Source: Candidatus Omnitrophota bacterium
GTDB taxonomy: Bacteria; Omnitrophota; Gorgyraeia; Zapsychrales; Zapsychraceae
Length of the DNA stretch: 64,000 bases
NCBI GenBank assembly: GCA_028280285.1
Contig: JANQMA010000044.1
Coordinates: forward strand, 1,521-65,520
Direction: 5' to 3'
The number at the start of each line of letters is the position of its first letter. Position 1 is the stretch's first letter. The notes under the pieces are model-generated. The model worked only from the letters and a program-made list of their open reading frames with translations, had not been told where the DNA came from and did no database searches. A program made the position numbers and the translations under genes. Of the stretch, positions 8,876 through 18,253 are shown in pieces.

Positions 8876-10648
8876 ATGTTTAATTTGAAAAATCTCGGTT
8901 TAGCACCAAAAATTATGAGTATTATAGCAATTGCATTTCTTATCAGCGGTTTAATCACATCAATTATATCCAGCAAGGCTTTAGAAAAAAGGGCCAATGA
9001 AGAGCTTGTGGCCAAATCGCGTGCGATTGCGCAAATTGCTGAAAATGCACGTAATTACACAGCACAATCACGTTCTAAATATGGTGTTTATCATGATGAA
9101 AAACTTCTTGGCGAGGTAGAACGACTAAAAGCAGAAAAAGGGGGAAGGGCTTTAACCATAGAGGAAATCCGTCAAACCGGTTTTTATAAGACGATTCCGG
9201 TTGTAGTTGCTTGGCAAAACGCAGAAAAAGAAGCAGAGAAAGCTGGGTATAGCTTTAATGTGCCAGCGTTTGATGCAAGAAATCCTGAAAATGCGCCTAA
9301 TGATTTTGAGGCTAAAATGCTCAAGGAGCTCAAATCCAAAAAGCTGGACGAACTCTACCGTATAGATGAAGAAGAAAATGTTCTTAGATACATGAAGCCG
9401 GTTATTTTAAGTGAGGATTGTATGGTTTGCCACGGGCACCCTAAGGGAGAGCCTGATCCTGTCGGATTCCCGAAAGAGGGATGGGAGCCGGGCATGCAGC
9501 ACGGAGCATTTGAAATTATTTCGGATTTGGGTCCACTACAGGCCGATATACGGAAAAACGCCCTGATCAGTTTTCTGGCTATGGGAGTATGTATTGTGTT
9601 GGCCATTGCGGCGCTATGGATGTTTTTGCAAAAAAGCCTTTTTGGGCCTATTAATAAAGTTGTGGCCACGGCCGAATCCGTTGCCGGCGGTGATTTAACG
9701 CGGCAAGTCCAGATCAATTCGAATGATGAAATAGGCAAACTTGGCCAGGCATTTAATAAAATGACTGAAAGCATGAGCGCAGTGGTTAAAGAGATTAAGG
9801 CATCGTGCGAGACAATGCTTACGTCGTCAAAAGAGTTTGATAGCAGTTCACAACAAATTGCCGATGGGGCCAGCCAGCAGGCGGCATCGTTTGAAGAATT
9901 GTCCGGTTCTGTGCAGCTTAATGCCACTAATGCCGGAACGGCTAATGAACTCGCCCAAGGCTCGGCCAAAGATTGTGAGAAAATCGGTCAAAGTATGGAT
10001 AATGTTATTGATTCCATGAACACCATTGAAAAAAGTTCAAAGCAAATTAGCGAGGCCGCTGAAGTTATCTCAGATATTGCCGATCAAACTAACTTGCTTG
10101 CGCTTAATGCCGCGATCGAGGCGGCCCGTGCCGGTGAACATGGGAAAGGATTTGCCGTTGTGGCCGACGAGGTACGTAAACTGGCTGAGCGCAGTGCGGA
10201 TTCCGCTAAAGATATCACGAACTTGATGTCCGATAATAAACAACAAGTTGAGCAAGGCGCAGGATTGTCGAAAGATGCAGGAGAAAATTTAAAGAAAATT
10301 GTCGATGATATTGTAAAGGTGGCCAACCAGATTCAGGCTATCTCAACTGCTACTCAGGAACAGGCGGCGACAATGGAGGAAAATACTTCCATCACTGAGT
10401 CCAATGCCTCGGCAGCAGAACAGTTGGCCGCTGGTGCTCAGCAAATTTCATCACAGGCTGAAAATCTAAAAATAGCGGTAGACCGTTTTAAGGTTGACCA
10501 AAGTACAAGTGGCAATGGAGAAAGCCAGGCTCCAGCCGATACAGAACCAACATCTTCGCCGGTGCCGGCACCAGAAGCTAATAAAAGTAAACCAAAGGAT
10601 GCGGGGAGTGACGAGGGTGGTTCGGAAGATCCTTTAGCATTTGGTTAA
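8876..10648 (+). CDS. Methyl-accepting chemotaxis protein with a periplasmic c-type heme (DUF3365/Tll0287-like) sensor domain
   Basis: TM1, [25 protein letters not shown] (CxxCH), GAFEI, TM2, HAMP and signalling domain. Confidence 0.93.
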   Translation: MFNLKNLGLAPKIMSIIAIAFLISGLITSIISSKALEKRANEELVAKSRAIAQIAENARNYTAQSRSKYGVYHDEKLLGEVERLKAEKGGRALTIEEIRQTGFYKTIPVVVAWQNAEKEAEKAGYSFNVPAFDARNPENAPNDFEAKMLKELKSKKLDELYRIDEEENVLRYMKPVILSEDCMVCHGHPKGEPDPVGFPKEGWEPGMQHGAFEIISDLGPLQADIRKNALISFLAMGVCIVLAIAALWMFLQKSLFGPINKVVATAESVAGGDLTRQVQINSNDEIGKLGQAFNKMTESMSAVVKEIKASCETMLTSSKEFDSSSQQIADGASQQAASFEELSGSVQLNATNAGTANELAQGSAKDCEKIGQSMDNVIDSMNTIEKSSKQISEAAEVISDIADQTNLLALNAAIEAARAGEHGKGFAVVADEVRKLAERSADSAKDITNLMSDNKQQVEQGAGLSKDAGENLKKIVDDIVKVANQIQAISTATQEQAATMEENTSITESNASAAEQLAAGAQQISSQAENLKIAVDRFKVDQSTSGNGESQAPADTEPTSSPVPAPEANKSKPKDAGSDEGGSEDPLAFG

Positions 10649-10688
10649 ACAACTATGGATTTAAAAAACTGACTAAAGAAAATTAGCA

Positions 10689-11243
10689 ATGCCATCTGTC
10701 AATATTGATTTTCAGGTTTTAGCAACAACGCTCATGGGTACGGTGAGTGATACCTTTGAGTCAATGTGTAAAGAAAAGCTTTCGAGCCCGCCACAGCTTG
10801 AAACAAGGCCTGTGGAAGCCGAGAATGGCAAGGTCATTATTTCTGGGTTTCGTAAGTTTGCTGTTAAATGCTATCTTTCTGTTATCTATTTTTATCTGTC
10901 AGAAGCAGATAAACAGAAGGACAAAAGCTGTGGGTGTGCGGTTCTTTATGTTAAAGAGTCCGGTGCACTTAATTTCGTCAAGGCGATGGAGTATATGGAT
11001 GCCGAGACAGCGACGGAAGAAGAAATACAGGATATGTGCGGGGAATTTTGTAATGTTATCGTCGGGGCTTTCAGGCAGGATTTAGTTGAACTTGGATACA
11101 CTAATTTAGAAATGGGCACTCCGATTAATTATAGAGATAGCATACCGGAAGGTGTTCCGATTAATAAGAGTCAAAAAGACTATCAGGAATTAAGGGTTTT
11201 TTTATTTGGTGCCAATCCAGTTGTTATGGATATTTATGTTTAG
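10689..11243 (+). CDS. CheX-like phosphatase (divergent)
   Basis: DMCGEFCNVIVG (E-x2-N motif) followed by MGTP; lies in a che operon. Confidence 0.65.
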   Translation: MPSVNIDFQVLATTLMGTVSDTFESMCKEKLSSPPQLETRPVEAENGKVIISGFRKFAVKCYLSVIYFYLSEADKQKDKSCGCAVLYVKESGALNFVKAMEYMDAETATEEEIQDMCGEFCNVIVGAFRQDLVELGYTNLEMGTPINYRDSIPEGVPINKSQKDYQELRVFLFGANPVVMDIYV

Positions 11244-11262
11244 GCATAGGATATTAAATCGA

Positions 11263-11408
11263 GATCCCTCTTCCGGCCGCTTTGCTTCGCAAATCGAAGT
11301 TAGCAGAAGCTAACGAGATTAATAAAGCGAAGCAGCCGGAATCGGGATTAATTCGTATTTCTAATTTACGCGACCGTTAAGGAAGCGTAAATTAAATACT
11401 CATTAATC
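11263..11408. other. Intergenic element of two long imperfect hairpins
   Basis: First hairpin: ttccggc/gccggaa, tgcttcgc/gcgaagca, gttagc-agaa-gctaac. Second: gattaat/attaatc, gtattt/aaatac, taatttacgc/gcgtaaatta. Confidence 0.6.
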
Positions 11409-11425
11409 AAAGGAGAAAGTTTATC

Positions 11426-11815
11426 ATGAAAAAAATATTAGTTGTTGATGATTCAGCGGTACAAAGAAAAATGATTATTCAAATCATTAAAAAGGCAGGT
11501 TATGAAAATGAAATTTTAGAAGCAGGCGATGGGCAGCAGGCTATTGAGACAATTGGTGCCAGTTTTGCCGAAATAGCTGTTGTCCTCTGTGACTGGAATA
11601 TGCCGAATATGTCGGGACTTGAGGTCATTCAGGGGCTTGCTGCCGTTGATGCCGTTAAGGATCTTCCGGTTGTTATGGTTACCACCGAAGGAACGGAAGA
11701 TAAAATCAGAGAAGCAAGAGAAGCTAATCCGAATTTGGCCGGTTATGTCGCTAAACCTTTCACTCCAGAGCAATTGAAGGAAGCTATCAATCCAATTTTA
11801 GTAAGCGCTGGATAA
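11426..11815 (+). CDS. cheY: CheY-like single-domain response regulator
   Basis: VVDDS, CDWNMPNMSG, MVTTE, AKPF. Confidence 0.9.
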   Translation: MKKILVVDDSAVQRKMIIQIIKKAGYENEILEAGDGQQAIETIGASFAEIAVVLCDWNMPNMSGLEVIQGLAAVDAVKDLPVVMVTTEGTEDKIREAREANPNLAGYVAKPFTPEQLKEAINPILVSAG

Positions 11816-11828
11816 GGAAAGGAGTTTT

Positions 11829-12389
11829 ATGGATGCCAATGACTTTCTGACGAACACCTTGGTGGAAGCTATGGAGGATGTTGTTAATGTTTTGGAATTA
11901 AACGGTGAATTTGGCACGGAGGAAGATGAGACCAAACTTGAGAAAAACCTGGTTGGTTTTATCGGGTTAACAGGGTTGCTTGAAGGAAGCGTTGCTGTTT
12001 GTTTTAATGATTCAAGCGCGTGTGCTATGGTCTCAAAGATGTTGGATACAGAAGTGACACGCGATTCCCCCGATGTTGTTGATGGTGTTGGGGAGATTGC
12101 TAATATCATTGCCGGCGGCGCCAAAAACAGGCTTTCTCAAACCGAGTATAAATGTGACATAAGTATTCCAACGGTTATTGAAGGAAAAAGTTTAACTCTT
12201 CCTAACAAACATGAAGATATCACAAGAATTATAAAGAGCTTTACCTCCGATGAGATCACGTTAAATGTTATTCTTAACTATAAAATTAATGAGGAACAAA
12301 CAGATGAAAACGGATCTGATGCAGCGGCAAAGCAGAAGGCTAACACATTTGATCGGTTGCAACAGTTAGTTAAAGAAACTGATAAGTAA
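11829..12389 (+). CDS. cheX: CheX phosphatase
   Basis: IGLTGLLEG, DGVGEIANIIAGG, ISIPTVIEG. Confidence 0.88.
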   Translation: MDANDFLTNTLVEAMEDVVNVLELNGEFGTEEDETKLEKNLVGFIGLTGLLEGSVAVCFNDSSACAMVSKMLDTEVTRDSPDVVDGVGEIANIIAGGAKNRLSQTEYKCDISIPTVIEGKSLTLPNKHEDITRIIKSFTSDEITLNVILNYKINEEQTDENGSDAAAKQKANTFDRLQQLVKETDK

Positions 12390-12397
12390 AAGTAACA

Positions 12398-12919
12398 ATG
12401 AGCGATGAGTCAACACCAGAGTCAGAACTACAATCAACCGAGCTTGAAATTGTCGAGTTTAAGATCGGCAATGAATATTACGCGATTAACGTGCTTAATG
12501 TGCGTGAGATTATCCGTGCTAATATCGGTATTGTTCCGGTTCCCGAGGCCCATGCATCGATATCGGGTATGGTCAATTTAAGAGGTAAAATAATCCCGGT
12601 TGTTAGTTTAGCGAAACATTTGCACGTAGATACAGAATATGACCCAACGACGAGCAGGATTATTATTGCGGAGTTAACCAATTGTCAGGCCGGATTTTGG
12701 GTTAGTGAAGTGACGCGTATTTTAAGAGTTGCGAGGGAAAACATTGAGTTTCCGACGGGCTTGCTTAATAAGGATGATAGTTACACGAAAGGCGTTGCCA
12801 AAATACACGACCGGGTTCTCTTATTGCTGGATTTTGAAAAAATTGCCTCGGTGATTAATACGAGTGCGATTGATGCGACTGTAACGGGTTCTGATGATTC
12901 CGAAGAAACTGACACCTAA
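12398..12919 (+). CDS. cheW: CheW coupling protein
   Basis: YAINVLNVREII, GMVNLRGKIIPVV, LLLDFEKI. Confidence 0.92.
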   Translation: MSDESTPESELQSTELEIVEFKIGNEYYAINVLNVREIIRANIGIVPVPEAHASISGMVNLRGKIIPVVSLAKHLHVDTEYDPTTSRIIIAELTNCQAGFWVSEVTRILRVARENIEFPTGLLNKDDSYTKGVAKIHDRVLLLLDFEKIASVINTSAIDATVTGSDDSEETDT

Positions 12920-12934
12920 AATGTAAATAGAGAT

Positions 12935-13357
12935 ATGTCCGACGCACCCAACGCGGAAAACAGAAAATACATACGATTTACGAACAATAATGTTTTAAAG
13001 TGTCGTAAATATTCTTTGCAGTCTGGTGCCAGCCAAACCGAAATTAATGCGGTGGTTAAAAATATGAGTGCGGGTGGCGTTTTATTTGAAAGTAGTAAGC
13101 AGTATCAGATAAATGATCTTTTGAAGCTTGAGATTGATCTTCCTGGCTGGGAGAAGTTTAAGGCGGAATTTTATAAAGGTAACCGTGTTTCACAACCGGC
13201 ACCGGTTAGCGTCTTAGCTTCGGTCGTACGGGTAGAAGTGATGAAGCCGGGTAAACTGTTTGATATCGGGGCCTGTTTTGTCGGTATTGACGACGGGCAT
13301 CAATGGGCGCTTATCAAATATTCCAAAAATCGCATGAAGTACGGGGATAACGGATAA
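12935..13357 (+). CDS. Single-domain PilZ protein
   Basis: RKYIR (RxxxR) and NMSAGG (D/NxSxxG). Confidence 0.85.
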   Translation: MSDAPNAENRKYIRFTNNNVLKCRKYSLQSGASQTEINAVVKNMSAGGVLFESSKQYQINDLLKLEIDLPGWEKFKAEFYKGNRVSQPAPVSVLASVVRVEVMKPGKLFDIGACFVGIDDGHQWALIKYSKNRMKYGDNG

Positions 13358-15790
13358 ATGAAGAAATTAAGCATGTTTAAAACTTGCCGACCACTTTTTT
13401 TATTAACTTTTTTTGCCTTTGTGAATGTTTCTTTCGCCGCAGAACCAGTGGATGTAAAGCCTACGCACGATACCCATGTAGCCGTGCCTGATCCGTCACA
13501 TGGCAGTGATCACGCTAGCCATGCTAAGGTGAAAGAACATGTCGCGAAGAACAAGCATGTTGATCACAAAGGTCACGGAAAAACGCACGGGCATGCTGAT
13601 AGCAAAAACAGGATTAGTTTAGTTGACCCTGCATTTGTTGCGGAGTTTAAGCATCTTGACCATAAAGGTGATGAGGATGAGCATTTTACACTGAAGCGCG
13701 AAGAGCATGGTTCTAATCTTTTAACCTTGCTTATTTTAGGCTTGGTTGGGTTCTTGGTTATCGCCTTTGTGTTGTACAAGATGGACTTGTTGGTCAATAT
13801 GAAAATTACCAACAAGCTTTATTTTGGGTTTGGATTAATCCTTATCTTGTCCATTATTATGGGGGGTGTAAGCCTTAAATACCTCGGGATTATGAATGAA
13901 AAGACCCATATTGCCGAAGAGGCGTTTGAACTTGATCTTTTGACGCATAAGTTAAACATTTTGCAAGACGAATTTTTGAGAGTCGGTATCGAGGATATAG
14001 AAAAAGGTGATGCTATTCTTGTTAAGCATAAAAAGACAACCGAAGAGTTTCATCATATGCTTGATAAATTAAGCCAAGAAAATATTTCTTCACAGGCGAG
14101 TAAAGCTATTGATGAGGTTGTTATGTTTAATAAAGATTATGAGAAAAAGTTTGCGGAGGTGGTAGAACTTTATCATGAAATTGAAAAGGATAAAGGGCAT
14201 TTTCATGAGATCGGCGAGGCTGTTTTCCATGAGCTACAAACACTTATTCATGGACATGAAAAAGAGTTAGATGGTATGACGCTTAATCAAAGTGCGTTTC
14301 CTTTGATTCATCTTATAGAGGCGCTGAGTGAGGCAGAGGTCAGATTTTTGCATATGGAAGCCAAGCTGTTTGAATTCATGTTGGACAAACACCTCGAGCA
14401 TATTCCTGTTATAGAAGAAGAGTTAGGTGTTGCGTATTCCGAGCTTAAAAAGGCCAAAAAATATTTAAGTGAAACCAACATGAGTGCGGCCCAAAAAAGT
14501 GCGGAGCTTAAGGAGCTTAATAAGGTAGAAGGTCAACTGAAGGAGTTTCAAAAGCTCATGGCGGTGGTGATCAAAGATGAGTTGATCATCAAAAAGGATC
14601 TTGTGGTGATGAATCACGATCTGGCAGGCATTGAAGAGCGGGCGGCCGCCATTGCGCATGCCGCAGAAGAGGACGCGTATACGGCCAATAAAGAGGCCAA
14701 TATGGCGGTTATGTTGTTGATTGTGTTTTCTGTTGTTACCGGATTTTTATTTGCCTATTTTCTCTCGCGTATGATTGCTTTGCCTATTCGCCAGACGATT
14801 AATAAGATTGCGCATATCAGTGAAGAAAATGATTTAACACAGCGCATCAGTATTGCCTCAAAAGATGAAGTTGGGGAAATGGGCAATAACATGAATATCT
14901 TTCTTGCTAAGTTAGATAAGTCTCTGGGGATGGTCGCCGAATCTTCCGAATCATTTGCAGCTGCCTCCGAGGAAATATCTTCAAGCACCCAGCAGATTGC
15001 CGACGGGGCTAATCAGCAGGCAGCCAGCTTTGAAGAGCTCTCCAGCTCAGTTCAACAAAATGCAACCAATGTCAGCAATGCCAGCGAACTTGTGCAAGCC
15101 TCTTCCAAAGACAGTCAGAAAGCCGGTGAAGATATGGCCAATATCGTTTTAGCGATGGATGCGATTGAAAAAAGTTTTAAAAGGATTACCGAGGCTGTTA
15201 ATCTCATTACCGATATTGCCGATCAAACAAATCTGCTTGCGCTTAATGCAGCGATTGAAGCGGCACGCGCCGGTGAGCATGGTAAAGGTTTTGCGGTTGT
15301 GGCTGATGAGGTACGTAAACTAGCTGAAAGGAGTGCGGATTCGGCGAGTGATATTACACGGATGATGGATGATTGTTCAACTCAAGTCAATAAAGGATCG
15401 GAAATTTCGAATGAAGCGCAAAGCAGCCTTATAGTAATTGTCGAAAACATAGATAAGATTAAAGAGCAGCTAAACTCTATCTCATTGGCCTCTCAGGAGC
15501 AGGCCGCGTCTATGGAAGAAAATACGTCTATTACGGATACCAATGCATCTTCTTCTGAAGAGCTGGCTAGCACGGCCGAGGAAATGGCGGCCCAATCTGA
15601 GGAGCTGTTAAGATCGGTCAGTCAGTTTAAAACCGGAAGTGGGGCCAGTCGAACGCCTGATGATGGCAGTAATCTTGTTGCAGCAAATGCAGGGAGTCCG
15701 CAAAAAACTTCATCTCAAAAACAGGAAAAAACAAATGATGCCAATGGATCAAATGAAGATGGTCCAGACGAACCATTGTCTTTTGGCTAA
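13358..15790 (+). CDS. Methyl-accepting chemotaxis protein with an extra His-rich N-terminal module
   Basis: Signal-peptide-like N-terminus, His-rich segment, extra TM, canonical MKI..KL..GF TM1, large helical periplasmic domain, TM2, HAMP and signalling domain. Confidence 0.92.
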   Translation: MKKLSMFKTCRPLFLLTFFAFVNVSFAAEPVDVKPTHDTHVAVPDPSHGSDHASHAKVKEHVAKNKHVDHKGHGKTHGHADSKNRISLVDPAFVAEFKHLDHKGDEDEHFTLKREEHGSNLLTLLILGLVGFLVIAFVLYKMDLLVNMKITNKLYFGFGLILILSIIMGGVSLKYLGIMNEKTHIAEEAFELDLLTHKLNILQDEFLRVGIEDIEKGDAILVKHKKTTEEFHHMLDKLSQENISSQASKAIDEVVMFNKDYEKKFAEVVELYHEIEKDKGHFHEIGEAVFHELQTLIHGHEKELDGMTLNQSAFPLIHLIEALSEAEVRFLHMEAKLFEFMLDKHLEHIPVIEEELGVAYSELKKAKKYLSETNMSAAQKSAELKELNKVEGQLKEFQKLMAVVIKDELIIKKDLVVMNHDLAGIEERAAAIAHAAEEDAYTANKEANMAVMLLIVFSVVTGFLFAYFLSRMIALPIRQTINKIAHISEENDLTQRISIASKDEVGEMGNNMNIFLAKLDKSLGMVAESSESFAAASEEISSSTQQIADGANQQAASFEELSSSVQQNATNVSNASELVQASSKDSQKAGEDMANIVLAMDAIEKSFKRITEAVNLITDIADQTNLLALNAAIEAARAGEHGKGFAVVADEVRKLAERSADSASDITRMMDDCSTQVNKGSEISNEAQSSLIVIVENIDKIKEQLNSISLASQEQAASMEENTSITDTNASSSEELASTAEEMAAQSEELLRSVSQFKTGSGASRTPDDGSNLVAANAGSPQKTSSQKQEKTNDANGSNEDGPDEPLSFG

Positions 15791-15817
15791 TGCAAATATT
15801 TAGGATGTGATAAGCCT

Positions 15818-16312
15818 ATGGAAGATGCTGAAGAAATAATGGATACAGAAGTACAGGATGATTTATACCAGCTGGTCAGTTTTAAGCTGGCTGAGGAAGA
15901 ATATGCGTTTAAAATAACGGACATTCAGGAAGTTATCCATGTTCAGGCAATAAGGGGCATTCCACAGATGCCGGAGTTTATTCTCGGCGTTATTAATTTA
16001 CGCGGTAATGTGATTTCTGTTTTTGATTTGAGAAAAAAATTGCATCTACCGGCTAAAGAGTTTGATGATAAAACAAAAATTGTCGTGACAAAAGTCGATG
16101 ATACGATTATAAGCCTCGTTGTCGATGAGATTATGGAAAATATTACACTGACTCAATCGCAGGTGGAACCTGCGCCAAATGTGAAGATGAAAATTAATAA
16201 AGAGTGTATTGCCGGGTTAGGGAAGCTCAAAGGAAAGCTTATTACGATTTTGAATTTAGAGAAGATTCATGAAGAAATTATTGCGGATGTCGATATTAAT
16301 GTAGAGGTCTAA
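15818..16312 (+). CDS. cheW: CheW coupling protein
   Basis: QLVSFKLAEEEYA, GVINLRGNVISVFDLR. Confidence 0.93.
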   Translation: MEDAEEIMDTEVQDDLYQLVSFKLAEEEYAFKITDIQEVIHVQAIRGIPQMPEFILGVINLRGNVISVFDLRKKLHLPAKEFDDKTKIVVTKVDDTIISLVVDEIMENITLTQSQVEPAPNVKMKINKECIAGLGKLKGKLITILNLEKIHEEIIADVDINVEV

Positions 16313-16319
16313 CTATTTA

Positions 16320-17162
16320 ATGGGCGTGAATAACCAAGATGGGATATTATCAATTTCAGATGGCGATTTCGATCGCATTAAGACAATTATGTATAACAAA
16401 ACAGGGGTTTTTCTTAAACCTAGCAAAAAACCTCTTGTTGTGGCCCGTTTACGTAAAAGATTAATAAACCTGGAACTGAAAACTTTTGGCGAATATATTT
16501 CTTATTTAGAGCAATCAGGTAATGAAGAGCTAGAAAATTTTATTAATGAAATCACGACGAATGAGACGTTCTTTTTCAGACACTCGATTCATTTTAATTA
16601 TCTCTATGAAACGGTTTTGCCGAAAGTCATCGCAGGCGGTGTGAGTAAGGTGAATGTATGGTCAGGCGCTTCATCCACAGGCGAAGAGCCGTATTCTTTA
16701 GCCATATGTCTGACAGAGTTCTTTAAGGATAAGGCGGGAAAGGGATTTAATCTCTACGCTTCTGATATTAACACACACGTTATTAATCAGGCTAAGCAAG
16801 GATGTTACGGGGAGCGTAGTTTAAAGGGTGTGACGGCTTCTCTTAAAGAGAGATATTTTCAACCAAAGGATCCGGCGGTAAGTAATGGGGATTATGTCGT
16901 TAAGGATTCACTTAAGCAAAAGGTTCAATTTAAGCAACATAATTTAAAGCAGCCTTTTGCACAAAAAGAGCTCGACATTGTTTTTTTACGTAATGTGATT
17001 ATTTATTTTGACCAAGAGGTCAAACAAAGGGTTATTAGCCTCATCGAGGCTAATGTCAAACCGGATGGATACTTATTTATCAGTTTGTCGGAAAATTTAA
17101 ATGATATTAAAACGTCTTTTCAACTTATTAAAGCAGGTATTTTTCAAAAACGCAGCAGCTAA
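16320..17162 (+). CDS. cheR: Chemotaxis protein methyltransferase
   Basis: TTNETFFFR, WSGASSTGEEPYS, ASDIN, FLRNVIIYF. Confidence 0.95.
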   Translation: MGVNNQDGILSISDGDFDRIKTIMYNKTGVFLKPSKKPLVVARLRKRLINLELKTFGEYISYLEQSGNEELENFINEITTNETFFFRHSIHFNYLYETVLPKVIAGGVSKVNVWSGASSTGEEPYSLAICLTEFFKDKAGKGFNLYASDINTHVINQAKQGCYGERSLKGVTASLKERYFQPKDPAVSNGDYVVKDSLKQKVQFKQHNLKQPFAQKELDIVFLRNVIIYFDQEVKQRVISLIEANVKPDGYLFISLSENLNDIKTSFQLIKAGIFQKRSS

Positions 17163-17171
17163 GGATAAGCT

Positions 17172-18212
17172 ATGATTAAATGTGTTATCGCCGATGATTC
17201 GGCATTAGTAAGACAGGTTTTAAAAGATATACTTGGGAAAAGCAGTAAAATAGAAGTTATGCATGCGGCTAAGAATGGTGAAGAAGCGGTCAAAGCGATT
17301 AAGGAAAACAAGCCGGACATTGCTATTTTTGATGTTGAGATGCCGGTCATGAACGGCCTGCAAGCGCTTAAAACAGTTATGAAGGAATGTCCACTGCCTG
17401 TTTTGATGTTTAGTTCTCTGACAAGTGAAGGGGCGAGCGTTACCATTAAGGCCCTGGAATACGGCGCTGTTGATTTCTTTTTGAAACCGACAAGTGGCTC
17501 GGAAGGGATTAAGGAGATCGCTCAGCAGATTGTAAAAAAGGTTGAAACGATTGCGTTAAAGAGCAGATTGCAGCGCCTCAAAGGTTCTCCTACGGAAGCG
17601 AGTGTTCCTAAGAAATCATCACTTAAAAATGTGCCAACCAAAAATATCGATCTTATTGCCGTTGGTTCCTCAACGGGCGGTGTCCAGGCAACCAATCGCA
17701 TTTTTTCGCAATTGCCTGCCGACATACCGCCTATTGTTTGGGTTCAGCATATGCCGGCGACATTTACCGAAAAGTTTGCTGAGCGTTTAAATGGTATTTG
17801 TGCTATGACAGTCAAAGAAGCAACGCATGGAGAAGTTATACAACGAGGCGTTTGTTACCTAGCTCCGGGTGGTATTCATTTTCAGTTAAAAAAGAAGGGG
17901 ACTCAATTGATCGTTGATTTAAACGGCAAAGATAAAGTCAATGGTTTTTGTCCTTCCTGTGATGTGTTATTTTCTTCTGTAGGAGCGGTTGATTGCAGTA
18001 AAGTGTTAGGGATTATATTAACAGGTATGGGTAATGATGGGGCGCAAGGATTGCTTGGGCTGCGTCAAAAAGGGGCTTATGTTTTGGGACAAAATGAAGA
18101 TAGCTGTGTGGTTTATGGTATGCCGAAGGCAGCCCAGGAGGCCGGCGCGGTTGATCAAGAGTTAGATGTCGGGGAGATAAGTGAAGCAATAAAGAAAGTG
18201 TGTAAACTCTAA
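17172..18212 (+). CDS. cheB: Chemotaxis methylesterase
   Basis: REC domain plus GSSTGG, VQHMP and LTGMGNDG. Confidence 0.96.
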   Translation: MIKCVIADDSALVRQVLKDILGKSSKIEVMHAAKNGEEAVKAIKENKPDIAIFDVEMPVMNGLQALKTVMKECPLPVLMFSSLTSEGASVTIKALEYGAVDFFLKPTSGSEGIKEIAQQIVKKVETIALKSRLQRLKGSPTEASVPKKSSLKNVPTKNIDLIAVGSSTGGVQATNRIFSQLPADIPPIVWVQHMPATFTEKFAERLNGICAMTVKEATHGEVIQRGVCYLAPGGIHFQLKKKGTQLIVDLNGKDKVNGFCPSCDVLFSSVGAVDCSKVLGIILTGMGNDGAQGLLGLRQKGAYVLGQNEDSCVVYGMPKAAQEAGAVDQELDVGEISEAIKKVCKL

Positions 18213-18253
18213 GAATAAGATAATCAAAGCAGTAAGTAGTTTCGGAGAATAGT

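Noticed and set aside
9355-10326. Long antisense ORFs over MCP genes (also those over cheA, mscS, AI-2E and cysS)
   Set aside because: Shadow frames of well-supported genes, with no motifs or RBS.
10080-15345. DNA similarity among the three MCP hairpin regions as a repeat or gene-conversion tract
   Set aside because: Many synonymous differences; protein conservation explains it.
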